DNA of 63,371 bases, filler included, from Octopus bimaculoides (GCF_001194135.2; 11 parts of 9 records of this genome joined end to end with filler, not necessarily neighbours in it), one strand, 5' to 3'; positions 38,006 through 51,129 are shown, counted from the first letter of the whole stretch. Program-made: numbers and translations. The notes: generated by a model not told the origin, from the letters alone.

Positions 38006-38949
38006 GCTCATTGGCTCTTTTTAGTTTCTCTCTACCAGATCAACACACAATGATTTGGTCGGCCCGAGACTATGATAGAGGGCACGCGCCTTAGGTGTCA
38101 CAGAGTGGAACTGAGCCGGAAACATGTAGTAAGGAATTACAACTTCCTATCCAACAACCTGCTCTGTTATCTACCACAAATATCAGACATGGGGTTTCCA
38201 AGGGTACTACTAGTTAACGCAACAGAAGCTAATAGGATGTAATATAAAACAGAAACCCAAACACACACAGATATACGTATGTATGTGCATGAACATACTT
38301 GTATGCCTGAGTGTGAGCGTGTACGGGTAAGTATCTAATATATTATTCTTCGACAATGCACTTTGTTTCCCGGAAACATGATAATGCACCATCTCACACA
38401 TCATCAGCCGTCAGCAGAGTGATGACATTTATGGTAATTCGATTAATGAATGTTTACGTTGCGCACTAAATGTCTTTGTTTCCTAGGTGGGAATATTTAA
38501 ATAGAAAAATACCCTGCTGTGTTTCGCTAAACCACCCGAAAGTTTAGCGCAAGGTTACATGGAAACGTTAGGTGTAATATTATACCCGGAAACGCGTAAC
38601 ACGAACACTTACACGAAAAGATACTTAAAACATGACAGAAATAGATGTTTCGTGAACGCTCCCACGATATGATCTTTGCATAATGACTTTATCAAAGAAA
38701 TATTCATATGTCGGTCTCAATATAAATTATAATGTAAAAAAACTAAAGACATAAACACTTGTAATATAAAAAGACAGGATAGCTTATATATGTATATGTG
38801 TGTGTGTGTGCGTGTGTATCATATATCTATATATATATATATATGTGTGTGTGTTAAAAACACTTGGTAAATTATATATGTACATTAATTTTTTGTTAAA
38901 TTGTAAATATTGCTAGAATAAATTTTCCTCGGTGCAATGAGTGCAACTC

Positions 38950-39160
38950 AACACAGTCTACATCAGAGACGGTAATCTTGCGTTATATTTGGTCTCAATC
39001 TCGAAATGGCTGTGAAATAGTTCCGATATGGACTGTTGTATCCACTTCAGAAGACTCACTTTCACCTCATTTCTGTCATCAAATCCTTGTCCCCGGAAAC
39101 TATACTCCATTGGATCAAACACGTGGAAATATGATAGTGGTACCACACACTATGGCGGCT
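38950..39160 (-). mobile_element. Mariner transposase C-terminal fragment
   Basis: PP*CVVPLSYFHVFDPMEYSFRGQGFDDRNEVK (cf. PYSPDLAPSDFHLF..MK..LRG..F....EVK). Confidence 0.6.
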
Positions 39161-40705
39161 CAGGGTTACTACAAAAACAGTTAAAGGATAAACAAAGGAA
39201 AATATGTATGAAACATTGCCAAAGAGCACGTTTAGCCATTCAACATATTACAGTACCTGTTACCATAAGTTTGACTACCGTCGCTCATCTCAGCTCAATT
39301 CATTGACAAAGTGTTATTATCAATGTTCAAACATTTGCTGCACTGGAAACTATACTGGCAACAATATTCTCTTTACGTGTACGTTTTATTCTCTAGTTTT
39401 TAATATATTTCTTTCATTTTTCATTTTTCGCTTTCAGGCATACAGACAGATAGCCTTTAAATGTATAGACTATTTTAGGTTTATGTTAGGTTTAACTGAT
39501 GTTGTGGCTTTACAGTTAGAGAGTTTTAGCTTTATGTCTTCTGTCTGGTCGTAAAGTTGGAAACTTTACCGGTTTTAACAACCATTCTTTCCGTCGATTC
39601 TCCTTTCTCATTATGGCCGGCCTTATGAAATGTGTGTGCCTGTGTGTGAGAGTGTATATGCGCGCCTATGTATGCTTGTATACATGTTTTATGTATATCT
39701 ATGTATGGCTCCATGCAACTAAAGATTACGTAGGCGCCAGTGCTTTGGTATCTTTAGTCTTCGCTGAGTTAGGTTTGGTGGATGAGGCTACGAAAATGTA
39801 AATTGATTCGAGCCTAATTGGACAGTTGTTAAGTAAATAATATACGTAATTCCTATCGAATTTAGTGACAACGCATTGTTTGATATGTGTACATATATAC
39901 TTATATATTTGCAAACACACACACATAAACATATATATATATATATATAATATCCAAATATTAATAAGATAAAGATATTCTTTAACACATATTTAATGGT
40001 CCATACGACTGTTTCTGTACCACGTGTGCATGCAACGCCAGCTTACGCAAAAATCAGAAGTGAAAATGTCCTTAACATATACGTACACACGAGCTTACAT
40101 ACATATAAAGTTAGAGAGGGAGAGAGCGAGAGAGAGAGAGAAAGTGAGCGAGTGAGAGAGACAAACACAGAAACACAGATAGTTTGACAGACATACAGAG
40201 ATGGAGATATGAACATATGTGCATGTACAAGAGAGTGTTTTAAATCTCTGTATATGATTGCATTTGTACTTATGTATGTTCGTATAAATGTATCTATACA
40301 AATATGTATACATGCATGCATGTTTTGTGTGCGTGTTCCTTAATTTTGAAAACTCGTGAACACATTGCCTGATTATATACATTGGCTGAATATACACAAC
40401 TTAAGCAGCTTGTGTGTCTTAGAATGAAATTAAAAAAAAGATACATCATACAACAGAAACCCCTCCAACCCATTACTTGATTTGAGCATCCAACGTATAT
40501 TACCGATTCACTGATTTGAGAGAGGGTAAATGAATTTAGGAATAGGAACATAATGAATTATAACTATATATGTCTCTGTGAATATTTCAGCTGCTGCGTT
40601 CGTATGAGATTGCGTGAGAATATGCATGTGTCTTTGTGGATGTGTGCCTGTGTTTACGTGCATGTACGAATATATACGTTCATATTAAATTATAAAAAAG
40701 ACGGA

Positions 40706-40750
<45 letters not shown>

Positions 40751-41671
40751 TATATTTATTTATACGGATCTATAAGTTTAAACATATATATATACGTACA
40801 TATATGTATATGTGGATTCGTGTGTTTTTCACTATATTATCTTCCTTCTTTGATATTCACCGTTCTCTTCTAAGGAAATTACACTCTCAGAGATCTAATA
40901 GCTTTCTGGAGACGTTCCAATGGAATAGTGACACTTTACTCACAGCCTCTTATAGAATATCTAACGTATCTAATACGAAAACAGGAAATTGACCGAAATT
41001 GTTGATATTCTGTTGATAGAATTTATATAGGCTAAAACTCTGATAAACCGCAACCGCCACAGCCACACCATTGCCAACGCCAGCACCAGCATCATCATTA
41101 GCATCATCTTCATGGTTAACAACACCATTGCCATCACCGTCACCGCCGCTACCACCACCACCACCACCACCACTACTACCACTACCACCATCACTTTGTG
41201 GAGTATCTTGAAGATAATATATTTACACGAATCCAGGCTTAATAATTTATCACAATTTGACATGAAAGTGTTGGAGGAAAGAGAGTTATGTAAACGTTGA
41301 ATAGAATCCTATTTGTTAGCTCTCATTTATTTCATAAAATATGTATTTTCAAATGGTCTCTGGCAAATATTCTTCCCCACCATCTCCGTCTTTCGCTTAT
41401 TCATTCCTTATATCCTTGTATATCTTTTTTTTTTTCATTCGTTTAAACATATACCTGTACAAACACAGATCTTAATAGAGGTATACAGAAACACAAACGC
41501 AAACACGCGCACACTTACACACACGCACATACAAGCACACATCTATGCAATTTATATGTCCCCATGTCCATGTGTGGGGTGGGTGTGCGCGCGTCCCTGT
41601 GTGTGTATATATACACGCACAAATACACTCATGTATATGTATATATTTATATATATGTATATATATATGTA

Positions 41672-41718
<47 letters not shown>

Positions 41719-41818
41719 NNNNNNNNNNNNNNNNNNNNNNNNNNNNNNNNNNNNNNNNNNNNTTAATTAATTAANNNNNNNNNNNNNNNNNNNNNNNNNN
41801 NNNNNNNNNNNNNNNNNN

Positions 41819-44033
41819 TACGTACGTATGTACGAACGACCGACCGAACGAACGAACGAACGTACGTACGTATGTACGAACGAACGAATGTACGTACGTA
41901 CGTACGGACGAATGAACGAACGAAAGAACGAACCAACGAAACAACGAACGTACATACGTACGTATGTACGTAAGAACGAAAGGACGAACGAATGAACGAA
42001 CGTAAGTACGAACTTACGAACGTATGGACGATCGAACAAACGAACACACGTACGTACGTACGAACGAACAAACGAACGAACAAACGGACAGAAGAACGTA
42101 TGTACCTACGAACGAAGGAACGAAAGAACAAACGTACTACGTACGAAAGAAGGAACGAACGAACGAACGAACGAACGAAAGAACGAACTAACGAATGAAC
42201 GTACGTAAGTATAAATGAACGAAGATACGTACCTGCGTACGTGCAAACGAACGAGCGATCGAACGAACGAGCAATCGAACGAACGAAAGAACGTACGTAC
42301 GTACGTACGAACGAACGTACGTACGAATGAACGTACGAACGAACGAATGAACGAACCAACCAGCCAAGGAACCAACGAACGAAAGAACGAACTACGTATG
42401 TAAGTAGACACGAAATATCGAACGAATGTACATATGTCCGAATGAACGAACGAACGAACTTACGAACGAACGAACGAATGATCAAACAAACGACTGAACG
42501 TTTGTACGTACGTCTGGACGCACGAACGAACGTAGGTGCGTACGGACGAAATAACGAATGAAAGAACGAACGAACGAACGAGCGTTCGCAGGTAAGAAGG
42601 AAGGAACGAACGAACGAAGGAACGAACGAACGAATGAACGAGCGTACAAAAGAACAAAAGAGCGAAAGAACGTACGTACAAACGAACGAACGAACGAACG
42701 ACCGAACTAACGAATGAACNNNNNNNNNNNNNNNNNNNNNNNNNNNNNNNNNNNNNNNNNNNNNNNNNNNNNNNNNNNNNNNNNNNNNNNNNNNNNNNNN
42801 NNNNNNNNNNNNNNNNNNNNNNNNNNNNNNNNNNNNNNNNNNNNNNNNNNNNNNNNNNNNNNNNNNNNNNNNNNNNNNNNNNNNNNNNNNNNNNNNNNNN
42901 NNNNNNNNNNNNNNNNNNNNNNNNNNNNNNNNNNNNNNNNNNNNNNNNNNNNNNNNNNNNNNNNNNNNNNNNNNNNNNNNNNNNNNNNNNNNNNNNNNNN
43001 NNNNNNNNNNNNNNNNNNNNNNNNNNNNNNNNNNNNNNNNNNNNNNNNNNNNNNNNNNNNNNNNNNNNNNNNNNNNNNNNNNNNNNNNNNNNNNNNNNNN
43101 NNNNNNNNNNNNNNNNNNNNNNNNNNNNNNNNNNNNNNNNNNNNNNNNNNNNNNNNNNNNNNNNNNNNNNNNNNNNNNNNNNNNNNNNNNNNNNNNNNNN
43201 NNNNNNNNNNNNNNNNNNNNNNNNNNNNNNNNNNNNNNNNNNNNNNNNAGATGAACGAACGAACGTACGTACGTACGAACAAACGAACGTACGTATGTAC
43301 GAACGAACGGAAGAACGAATGTGCGTACGAACGTAAGTATGTACGTACGAACGAATGAACGAAAGAACGAACAAACGAACGAACGAACGTACGTAGGAAC
43401 ATTGGAACGAACGATGGAGCGAACGAACGAACTAACGAATGAACGGACGTACTTACGTATGTACGACCGAACGAACGAAAGAACGTACGTACGTAAGTAC
43501 AAACGAACGAAGATACGTACCTACGTACGTACGGACGAACGAGCGATCGAACGAACGAAAGAACGAACGAACGAAAGAACGAACGTACATACGAACGAAC
43601 GAACGTACCTCCATACGTACGTACGGACGAACGAACGAGCGAACAAAAGAACGAAGATCGAACGTACTTTATGTCCATACGTACGAACGAACGAAAGAAC
43701 AAACGAACAAACGAGAGTACAAAAGAACGAACGAACGAATGAACGAACGAACGTAAGTACGTACGTAAAAACGAACGAATGAATGTACGTACGTACGTAC
43801 GACCGAACGAACGAACCAACCAATGGAACAATGAACGAACGTACCTGCGTACGTACGTACGTAAGAACGAACGTACGTAAGTACGAACGAACAAAAGAAC
43901 GAATGAATAGACGAACGAACGTAAGTACATACGAACGAAGGAACGAAAGAACGAACGTACGAACGATCGAACGAAGGAACGTGCCTTATGCCCGTACGTA
44001 CAAACGAACGAAAGAACGAACAAACGTACGTAC
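41819..44033. repeat. Compound (ACGA)n/(ACGT)n tetranucleotide satellite
   Basis: The entire inter-linker segment consists of degenerate gaac/gtac units, with an internal gap at 42720-43249. Confidence 0.95.
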
Positions 44034-44234
44034 NNNNNNNNNNNNNNNNNNNNNNNNNNNNNNNNNNNNNNNNNNNNTTAATTAATTAANNNNNNNNNNN
44101 NNNNNNNNNNNNNNNNNNNNNNNNNNNNNNNNNGTCCGGCATTTGAGAGTTTCTCGCTATTAATGTAATTATTGTCATAGGCGTCTGTAGAGAGAAGACG
44201 AGCATTAATCATCTCCAGTATCATCATCATCATC

Positions 44235-44266
<32 letters not shown>

Positions 44267-44271
44267 CATCA

Positions 44272-44309
<38 letters not shown>

Positions 44310-44754
44310 GTTGCTGTTGTTGTTATTGCTCTTGACGAGGAGGTTATTACTAATATTATTCTTACCACAACCGTTACCACAGGTGTTGTATCGGGTCGTT
44401 TGAAGAGTGGTCTGTTGGTGATTCACATTTAGTAATCCGTCCAAAGGCAAACATCACTGGCGAAAGTACAGGTGATAAGGTTTCAATTCTCAGCTGGCAT
44501 TTCTTCATATATCGAGTGAAATTTTATTTTCTTTATGGTTAGTAAAAACAATGGATTGAAGGGTAACGAAAACTCATTTGCCCATAAACCCACAATTCTG
44601 GGACTTATTGTTTCAGATATGCATATATGTACATGCTGAGCCAGTGTAGGAGAGAAGGTTCATCAAACAGGTATGACCTCAAGCCATTCTCTGACGGAGA
44701 GAACATGCTGAGTACCTCGTGCTGCTGAGACTAAATAATGGCAATCCAAATCCA

Positions 44755-44788
<34 letters not shown>

Positions 44789-44858
44789 CACAATGTAACC
44801 GCGTGTGTATCGTTGGCGATTTTCTTCCTCCGTCTTTCCTTCCTTTGAACTTTCCTCT

Positions 44859-44893
44859 ATTTCTGACGAAGAGCTTTCCTCGAAACGTTAAAT
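44859..44893 (+). ncRNA. Putative minimal type I hammerhead ribozyme in a Penelope-type terminal repeat
   Basis: attt-CTGACGA-A-GAG-ctttc-CTC-GAAAC-GTT-aaat: intact CUGANGA and GAAA cores, 3-bp stem II, 4-bp stem I (attt/aaat) and palindromic AACGTT stem III. Confidence 0.55.
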
Positions 44894-45442
44894 CCTCTTT
44901 CTTTCCTTTCCTGAGCGTCTGATAATACAGTACTTGTATCACGTCCTCGCGTTATTGTTTTTTCTTGCTTGTTCTTCGTTTTTTTTTTGGGGGGGGGGTT
45001 GCCTACGTGACGTTTCAGCCATTTGTTAGTGTCCATATTTTCACTTTAAAGTGGATTATGATATAATAAATAAACAATGGCTTCTTCCGGGATTTTCAAC
45101 TTTAAACTATTAATTTTTTCCCTTATATGGAAATGGATGAAGTTTCTATAGGGACAACAGTATTTTCAGAAATGGAAAGTACTAAGAATGGTCAAGCTAA
45201 CCAACATTAGTACATAAACACGTAAGCAGACGAATGATAACAAGAACTATCAATCAACAGTAGTACAAAACTGGTGCCCTTTCGGATAGCAATCCGTTTG
45301 TTTGTCCTTGTTTGTTCCCTCTGTGTGTAGCTCCTTGTGGGCAGTAAAGAAACAAGAATTTCAACTTGGAATATAAGGTCGGACGAAATACCACTAAGCA
45401 TTTCGGCCGGCGTGCTAACGCTTCTGCCAGCTCACTGCTTTC

Positions 45443-45499
<57 letters not shown>

Positions 45500-46319
45500 G
45501 TGTGAACGTGCATGTAACTAAATCTTCCACGATAACACTGGCACTGTTTTAAGACAACAGCTATATTCAATCACTGCCACTCAACTACACTTTATTATCT
45601 ACAAGCTTGACATTCCATTCTACTTAGTTTCGTGGATCAAGAAGAAGAAACTGAGGACCGAATACGTCACTTGTGCAGATATGTATTTGGTCTCATTTGA
45701 AAGGAAAACAAACAACGAAAGCTTTTCAATGTCATTGTCGACAGCTAAAACGGAAGTGTTTTGTCGAAAGAACATGTCAATTAATATACATTGAGGTATT
45801 AAGCCGGCGAGTTGGCAAAAGCGTTAGCAAGTAGGGCGAAAGGCTTAACGTTATTTCGTCTGTCTTTACGGTATCAGTTTGAATTCCACCGAGATCGACT
45901 TTGCCTTTTATCCTTTCGAGGTCGATAAATTAAGNNNNNNNNNNCTTTTATCCTTTCGAGGTCGATAAATTAAGTACCAGTACTGAGATCGATGTAATCG
46001 ACTGCCTCCTCTTTCAAAATTTCGTGCCGAGCGTAGAAAAAAATTGTAACAGTGGCTAAGGCGGCAAACTCACCGTTTTTTTTTTGTTTTTGTTTTTTTG
46101 TTTTTGTTTCCGTTAACCAAAACCACTCACGATGCTTTGGCCTGCCCAAGGATATATTACAACACACCTGCCCAGATTGCCACGCAGAGAGACTGAACCC
46201 GGACCCGTGTGGTCGGGAAGCAAAAGATTTTGTTTACGGTAAAAGTGTATGTATAAACGCATGTGTATACTACGTGCGGATGTGTCTACTTACTGACTGT
46301 TTTTAAATTTCTTCGCACA

Positions 46320-46678
46320 GTCTTCGACTACACTATTCCAGTCAAGAGATTTCGCAATGCGAGCGCACATCCACAAGCAATTGAATAAGAGAACTCGGAA
46401 GAAAAAAATTATGACGAAGGTAAAACCGAAAGCCGCGACCACGACTCGTTGCAATTGTTTCAAGATCTACGTTAGGTGAACTTATGAAAGGATTACCGTT
46501 CATAGCGGTGTATAATGACGAGCTTATTTTTATCCCTAAATGTAAAACCATTGCTATACATGCGACAGTATCACGGATGGAATGAATGTATGATGAAGCA
46601 TATTTCCCCAACACCATAGTGTTATAAAGTAGGGGTGCGTTTTATGCGGGAACCCGTCTTATACAACGGCAAATACGG
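46320..46678. mobile_element. pogo/Tc1-like element end
   Basis: Terminus cgtcttatacaacggcaaatacgg (reverse complement ccgtatttgccgttgtataagacg, a pogo-like TIR). The partner TIR was not seen. Confidence 0.35.
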
Positions 46679-47109
46679 GAAATCCTTTGTAAAAATTTCC
46701 ATGTAGTTTCTTTTCAGAAAATATCGTGGTTTGGAGAATACCAAGCGTTCTATTTATTTATTTATTTATTTATTTATTTATTTGTTCCGGTAATCATTAG
46801 TCGGGTGGGAATGTTCTGAGAGGATAAAATAGCAGATACAAAAACCGTTGGAAATAAAAGAACTTTTCACGACAACCCAAAAAACGTATATGTCTATATC
46901 GTATTCTCGGTACCACGCATGTGTTACCATCTATCATAGCAAATAATTGAAAGAGGATAGCTTTCAGGAAGATAACGAAACATGAATAACTAAATTAGAA
47001 GAATTTAGAATACCGAGACACAGAATAATAATATGATGTGTGTGTGTAAATGCCGACATTATACTTAAACACATGTATACATTTACATGCATACATGTGT
47101 GTCTGTATA

Positions 47110-47153
<44 letters not shown>

Positions 47154-47940
47154 NNNNNNNNNNTACGCTCTTCAACAGAAAGAATACGGAGACAAGGAGA
47201 AAAACACGGAGAAAAAAAATTGAATAGTGTTCAGTCAACGGTCAATCATAATAATATATATATATACGTATATTTATTATACATATTATATAGGTGTACG
47301 TGTATGTATGTAGACAGTTTAATATATTCAGAAAGTTGTAGACACAAATATATACATAGGGATATATTAGATGAATATAGCAGCATTCAGCTGTCTCCTT
47401 GAAAAGACACGCGCGTGTTTTGGAATTTTGTACACGCACGCACACACGCACACACACACATATACACACACACACACACACATCTGCTTGAGTACTTGAA
47501 TGTAGACACGAAAGGTAAATGAGTACTCGATACCAAAGTAGTGTTTTAGTTATGATAGTTAAATGCTGGCCCCTTACATCCGGTTATTAGGATTTCACGT
47601 GTCCGATTTCATATAAATCGTTGCATAAATGATCAACTATCCAAAATATACCGGAGAGTGCGTAGAGGAGAGATTCCGGGTAAAAAATATAAATCAAATA
47701 GGTTAGAACTATCAAATAAAAGAAGTATGTATTTTTGGAATTAGTAACGCATTTTTCCGACACTCTACCGATTCTGTTAATCCACCAGTCTCAAAAAAAA
47801 TGGCTGTGCGGTCAGGCAGCTCGCTTTACAGTTGTATGGTTTCGGGTTCAGTCCGACCACGCAGCAGTTGGGCAAGTGTTCTCTATTATAGTCCAACGCT
47901 TATAGTGTATTTCGCAGAAGGAACCGGTGTGAAAGACATC

Positions 47941-47978
<38 letters not shown>

Positions 47979-48329
47979 TGGGTTGGCAACTAAGTTCCCA
48001 CCGTTTTTTTAAATTTTGGAATTTATTGCGTTTTTAAATTTTGGAATCTATTTTTTTTTTCTAATTAATTTTAGTTANNNNNNNNNNNNNNNNNNNNNNN
48101 NNNNNNNNNNNNNNNNNNNNNTTAATTAATTAANNNNNNNNNNNNNNNNNNNNNNNNNNNNNNNNNNNNNNNNNNNNATTAAACTGACCCTGAAACGATG
48201 AAAGGAAAGGTCAGCTTCAGCAAGGATTCTTCCGGTTCTTTGCATTATGAATGGGGACCCTGCTAAGCATTTTGACCGATGTGCTAATGATTCAGCCAGT
48301 TCAGATGGATAGAGACTTCCCAAATCATA

Positions 48330-48540
48330 TAGACTCGTGGGGCCAGTTTCCATGGCATATATATTCTCCACCTGGATGGGATGCCGATCCATCGCAGGAT
48401 TACTCATTTTTACCAGCCGAGTGGACTGGGGCAATGTGAAATGAAGTGTTTTGCTCAAGAACACAATGCATCGCCCAGTCCAGGAATTGAAACCACAATC
48501 TTACGATCATGAGTACAACACCTTAACCACTGATCCATGT
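48330..48540 (-). mobile_element. tRNA-derived SINE with CORE-like and V-domain-like segments
   Basis: tcagtggttaaggtg..ggtttcaattcc head, ttgagcaaaacacttcatttcac..cagtccactcggctg, then cctgcgatggatcggcatcccatccagg. A related piece lies at 19330-19400. Confidence 0.6.
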
Positions 48541-49192
48541 GCCGCCACATTCTGCCAGTTTTCCACCTTAACAATAAACAATAACAATGATTTCAAATTT
48601 TGGCACAAAGCCAGCAATTTCGGGGCCAGGGGTAAGGTGATTACATTGACCCAAGTGTTTAACTGGTATGCATTTCATCAACCTCGAAAGGATGAAAGGC
48701 AAAGTCGACCTCAGAGGAATTTGAACTCAGAACATAAGGACGGATGAAATGCCACTCAGCATTCCGCCTGGCGTGCTAACGATTCTGCCAGCTTGTCACC
48801 CTAATAATGATAATATTATTGTTACTGGCAGAGTAACAATTCTGCCAACGGGCTACTTTAATAATGATAATAATCTTCTCTACTATAGGTACAAGGCTTG
48901 AAATTTGAGAGGAAGGGCTAGCTGATTACATCGACCACCAGGGTAAAACTGGTGCTTATTTTATCGACCCTGAAAAGATGAAAGGCAAAATTGATCTTGG
49001 TGAATTCTGAAGTCAAAATGTAAAGATTGATAAAATGCTGTGAGCATTTTGCCCAGTTTGGTAACAATTCTGCAGACTCACCACCATAACAATAACTATA
49101 ATAATAATAATGATGATTTCATGAAGGAGGCATGACCAAAAGAAGGGGAAAGAGAAGACAGTGGGAGAAAAATAGGAAAAGGGTCAACTTAC

Positions 49193-49320
49193 TGGGTGAA
49201 ATTTGCCTCACGAGTAATGATGTGGTTACACAACAGCTTATCAGAGCTGTCTGTCATAACTATGCGTAGGCCACCAATCGTAGTGTCATACTCCACCTGG
49301 AGGTTCCCTAGGCCAAGTGA
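49193..49320 (-). CDS. Second exon of the Ran-binding domain
   Basis: Acceptor ctcctctttcag, donor CA|gtaagt; the phase-0 start matches the previous exon. Translates SLGLGNLQVEYDTTIGGLRIVMTDSSDKLLCNHIITREANFT (G.G.L, RIVM, C.NH.I RanBD motifs). Confidence 0.78.
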
Positions 49321-49644
49321 CTGAAAGAGGAGAGAGAGAGAGAGAGAGAAAGAAAATAAAATGACAATTAGTGGACAATATAATACTGATACATGCATAC
49401 ACAAACACCACCAATTATATTGGAAGAAAAATACCCATGGTTTTTTTAAAAAATTGCATGCATATCATTTGATGTGTGCTTTCTATGCTGGCATGAGTTG
49501 GACGGTTTGAAAGGAACTAGCAAGCTGGAAGGCTGCACAAGGCTTCAGTGTCTGTTTTCTACTATAGACTCAGGCTGATCAAAGCCTTGTGAGTGGATTT
49601 GGTAGGCAGAAACTGAAAGAAGCCCATCACATATATATATATAT

Positions 49645-49850
49645 GACTGGCCTTCGTGCAGGTGACATGTAAAAGCACCTACTACACTCTCTGAGTGGTT
49701 GGCGTTAGGAAGGGCATCCAGCTGTAGAAACTCTGCCAAATTTAGATTGGAGCCTGGTGTTGCCATCCGGTTTCACCAGTCCTCAGTCAAATCGTCCAAC
49801 CCATGCTAGCATGGAAAGCGGACGTTAAACAATGATGATGATGATGATGA
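49645..49850 (-). mobile_element. Repeat family C (LINE-3'-end/SINE) adjoining (GAT)n
   Basis: cgtttaacgtccgctttccatgctagcatgggttggacg..cagctggatgcccttcctaacgccaaccact. Other copies at 58935-59226, 60517-60608 and 61500-61725; a partial copy at ~21200-21350. Confidence 0.8.
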
Positions 49851-50204
49851 TCTATATATATATATATATNNNNNNNNNNNNNNNNNNNNNNNNNNNNNNN
49901 NNNNNNNNNNNNNNNNNNNNNNNNNNNNNNNNNNNNNNNNNNNNNNNNNNNNNNNNNNNNNNNNNNNNNNNNNNNNNNNNNNNNNNNNNNNNNNNNNNNN
50001 NNNNNNNNNNNNNNNNNNNNNNNNNNNNNNNNNNNNNNNNNNNNNNNNNNNNNNNNNNNNNNNNNNNNNNNNNNNNNNNNNNNNNNNNNNNNNNNNNNNN
50101 NNNNNNNNNNNNNNNNNNNNNNNNNNNNNNNNNNNNNNNNNNNNNNNNNNNNNNNNNNNNNNNNNCGGACGTTAAACGAATGATGATGATGAATGACAAG
50201 TCCC

Positions 50205-50434
50205 TTAACCCTTTTGTTACTGTATTTCTGTTGAGATGCTCTGTGTTTCTTTCAATTAATTTTAAATATAACAAAGAATTTAGTAAAATAACTTAGTTAT
50301 CATTAAGCTAGTGTTAGGAACATAAATTGTGACTAAGGTTTGGTGGAAGATTTTAATTCAGAACTTTTGAAAACAAGACATTTGTACTACAGAGCCAGAG
50401 TCGGTTTCAGCCAGGTTAGTATCAAAAGGGTTAA
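50205..50434. mobile_element. piggyBac-derived MITE with TTAA target duplications (intron of the RanBD gene)
   Basis: TTAA-cccttttgttac ... gtatcaaaaggg-TTAA. Confidence 0.85.
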
Positions 50435-50758
50435 ACCCTTAGGGGTTGTTTGGGCGCTGCAACCATGCATCTTATCTAGAGGTGAGAAAGCCTGGTGAAG
50501 CCCATTTCTCTCCAGGCTAAACTCATTTCTACAGCTGTGTGGGCTAAATGCAGACAAACATAAACTGAGTGAGGAGGTGGAAAAGATGGAGACAGACAGA
50601 CATACAAGCTAGATGCTCAGAGAGAGAGAGAGGGAGAAAAAGAGAGAAATATTAAACTATCTGATGATGTCAAATAAGGCAGCATGAAATCAGCAACATC
50701 AAAATGTCCCCTCAAACCCAAATTAAATAACATGATATCAATCAAACTAACTACTTAC

Positions 50759-50988
50759 AACCCAATCCTTGTCGACTTTGTAGTACAAGGTGGCTCTCTT
50801 CTCGAATCGCACATCTGCCTCTTCTGCCTCATTGTCATCTTTCTCCTCTTCATCTTCTTCTTCCTCATCACTCTTCTCAACAGCCTCAGCTTCTCCCGAT
50901 CCTTCAGCAGGAGTGTTTTTCAATTCAACATTCAAACTCGACAGGGTATTGCTCAGACCTTGGACATCTGCTGGCGCCGTCCCCGATC
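50759..50988 (-). CDS. Exon with acidic linker and start of a Ran-binding (RanBD/PH-like) domain; RanBP2/Nup358-like
   Basis: Acceptor cttttgaatttag, donor GTT|gtaagt; 230 nt open: SGTAPADVQG...SDEEEEDEEEKDDNEAEEADVRFEKRATLYYKVDKDWV. Matches the RanBD start (acidic stretch, F..RA.LY....W). Confidence 0.75.
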
Positions 50989-51129
50989 CTAAATTCAAAA
51001 GAAAAACAATTTTTTTTAATGCAAACCATAGGGAACTCCGTGATTGGCATAGATTTATAGAAAAAGAAAATTTAAAAACCAGCAAGGCAACAATATTTCG
51101 TTTTGTTTCCATAATACACTCCTAAGTAA

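Noticed and set aside
41763-44085. 579-aa and other SFVR/RTNE ORFs
   Set aside because: Translations of the ACGA/ACGT satellite spanning gaps.
45895-45975. Direct repeat ctttt..cgaggtcgataaattaag on either side of a 10-N gap
   Set aside because: Contig-overlap artefact, not a tandem duplication.
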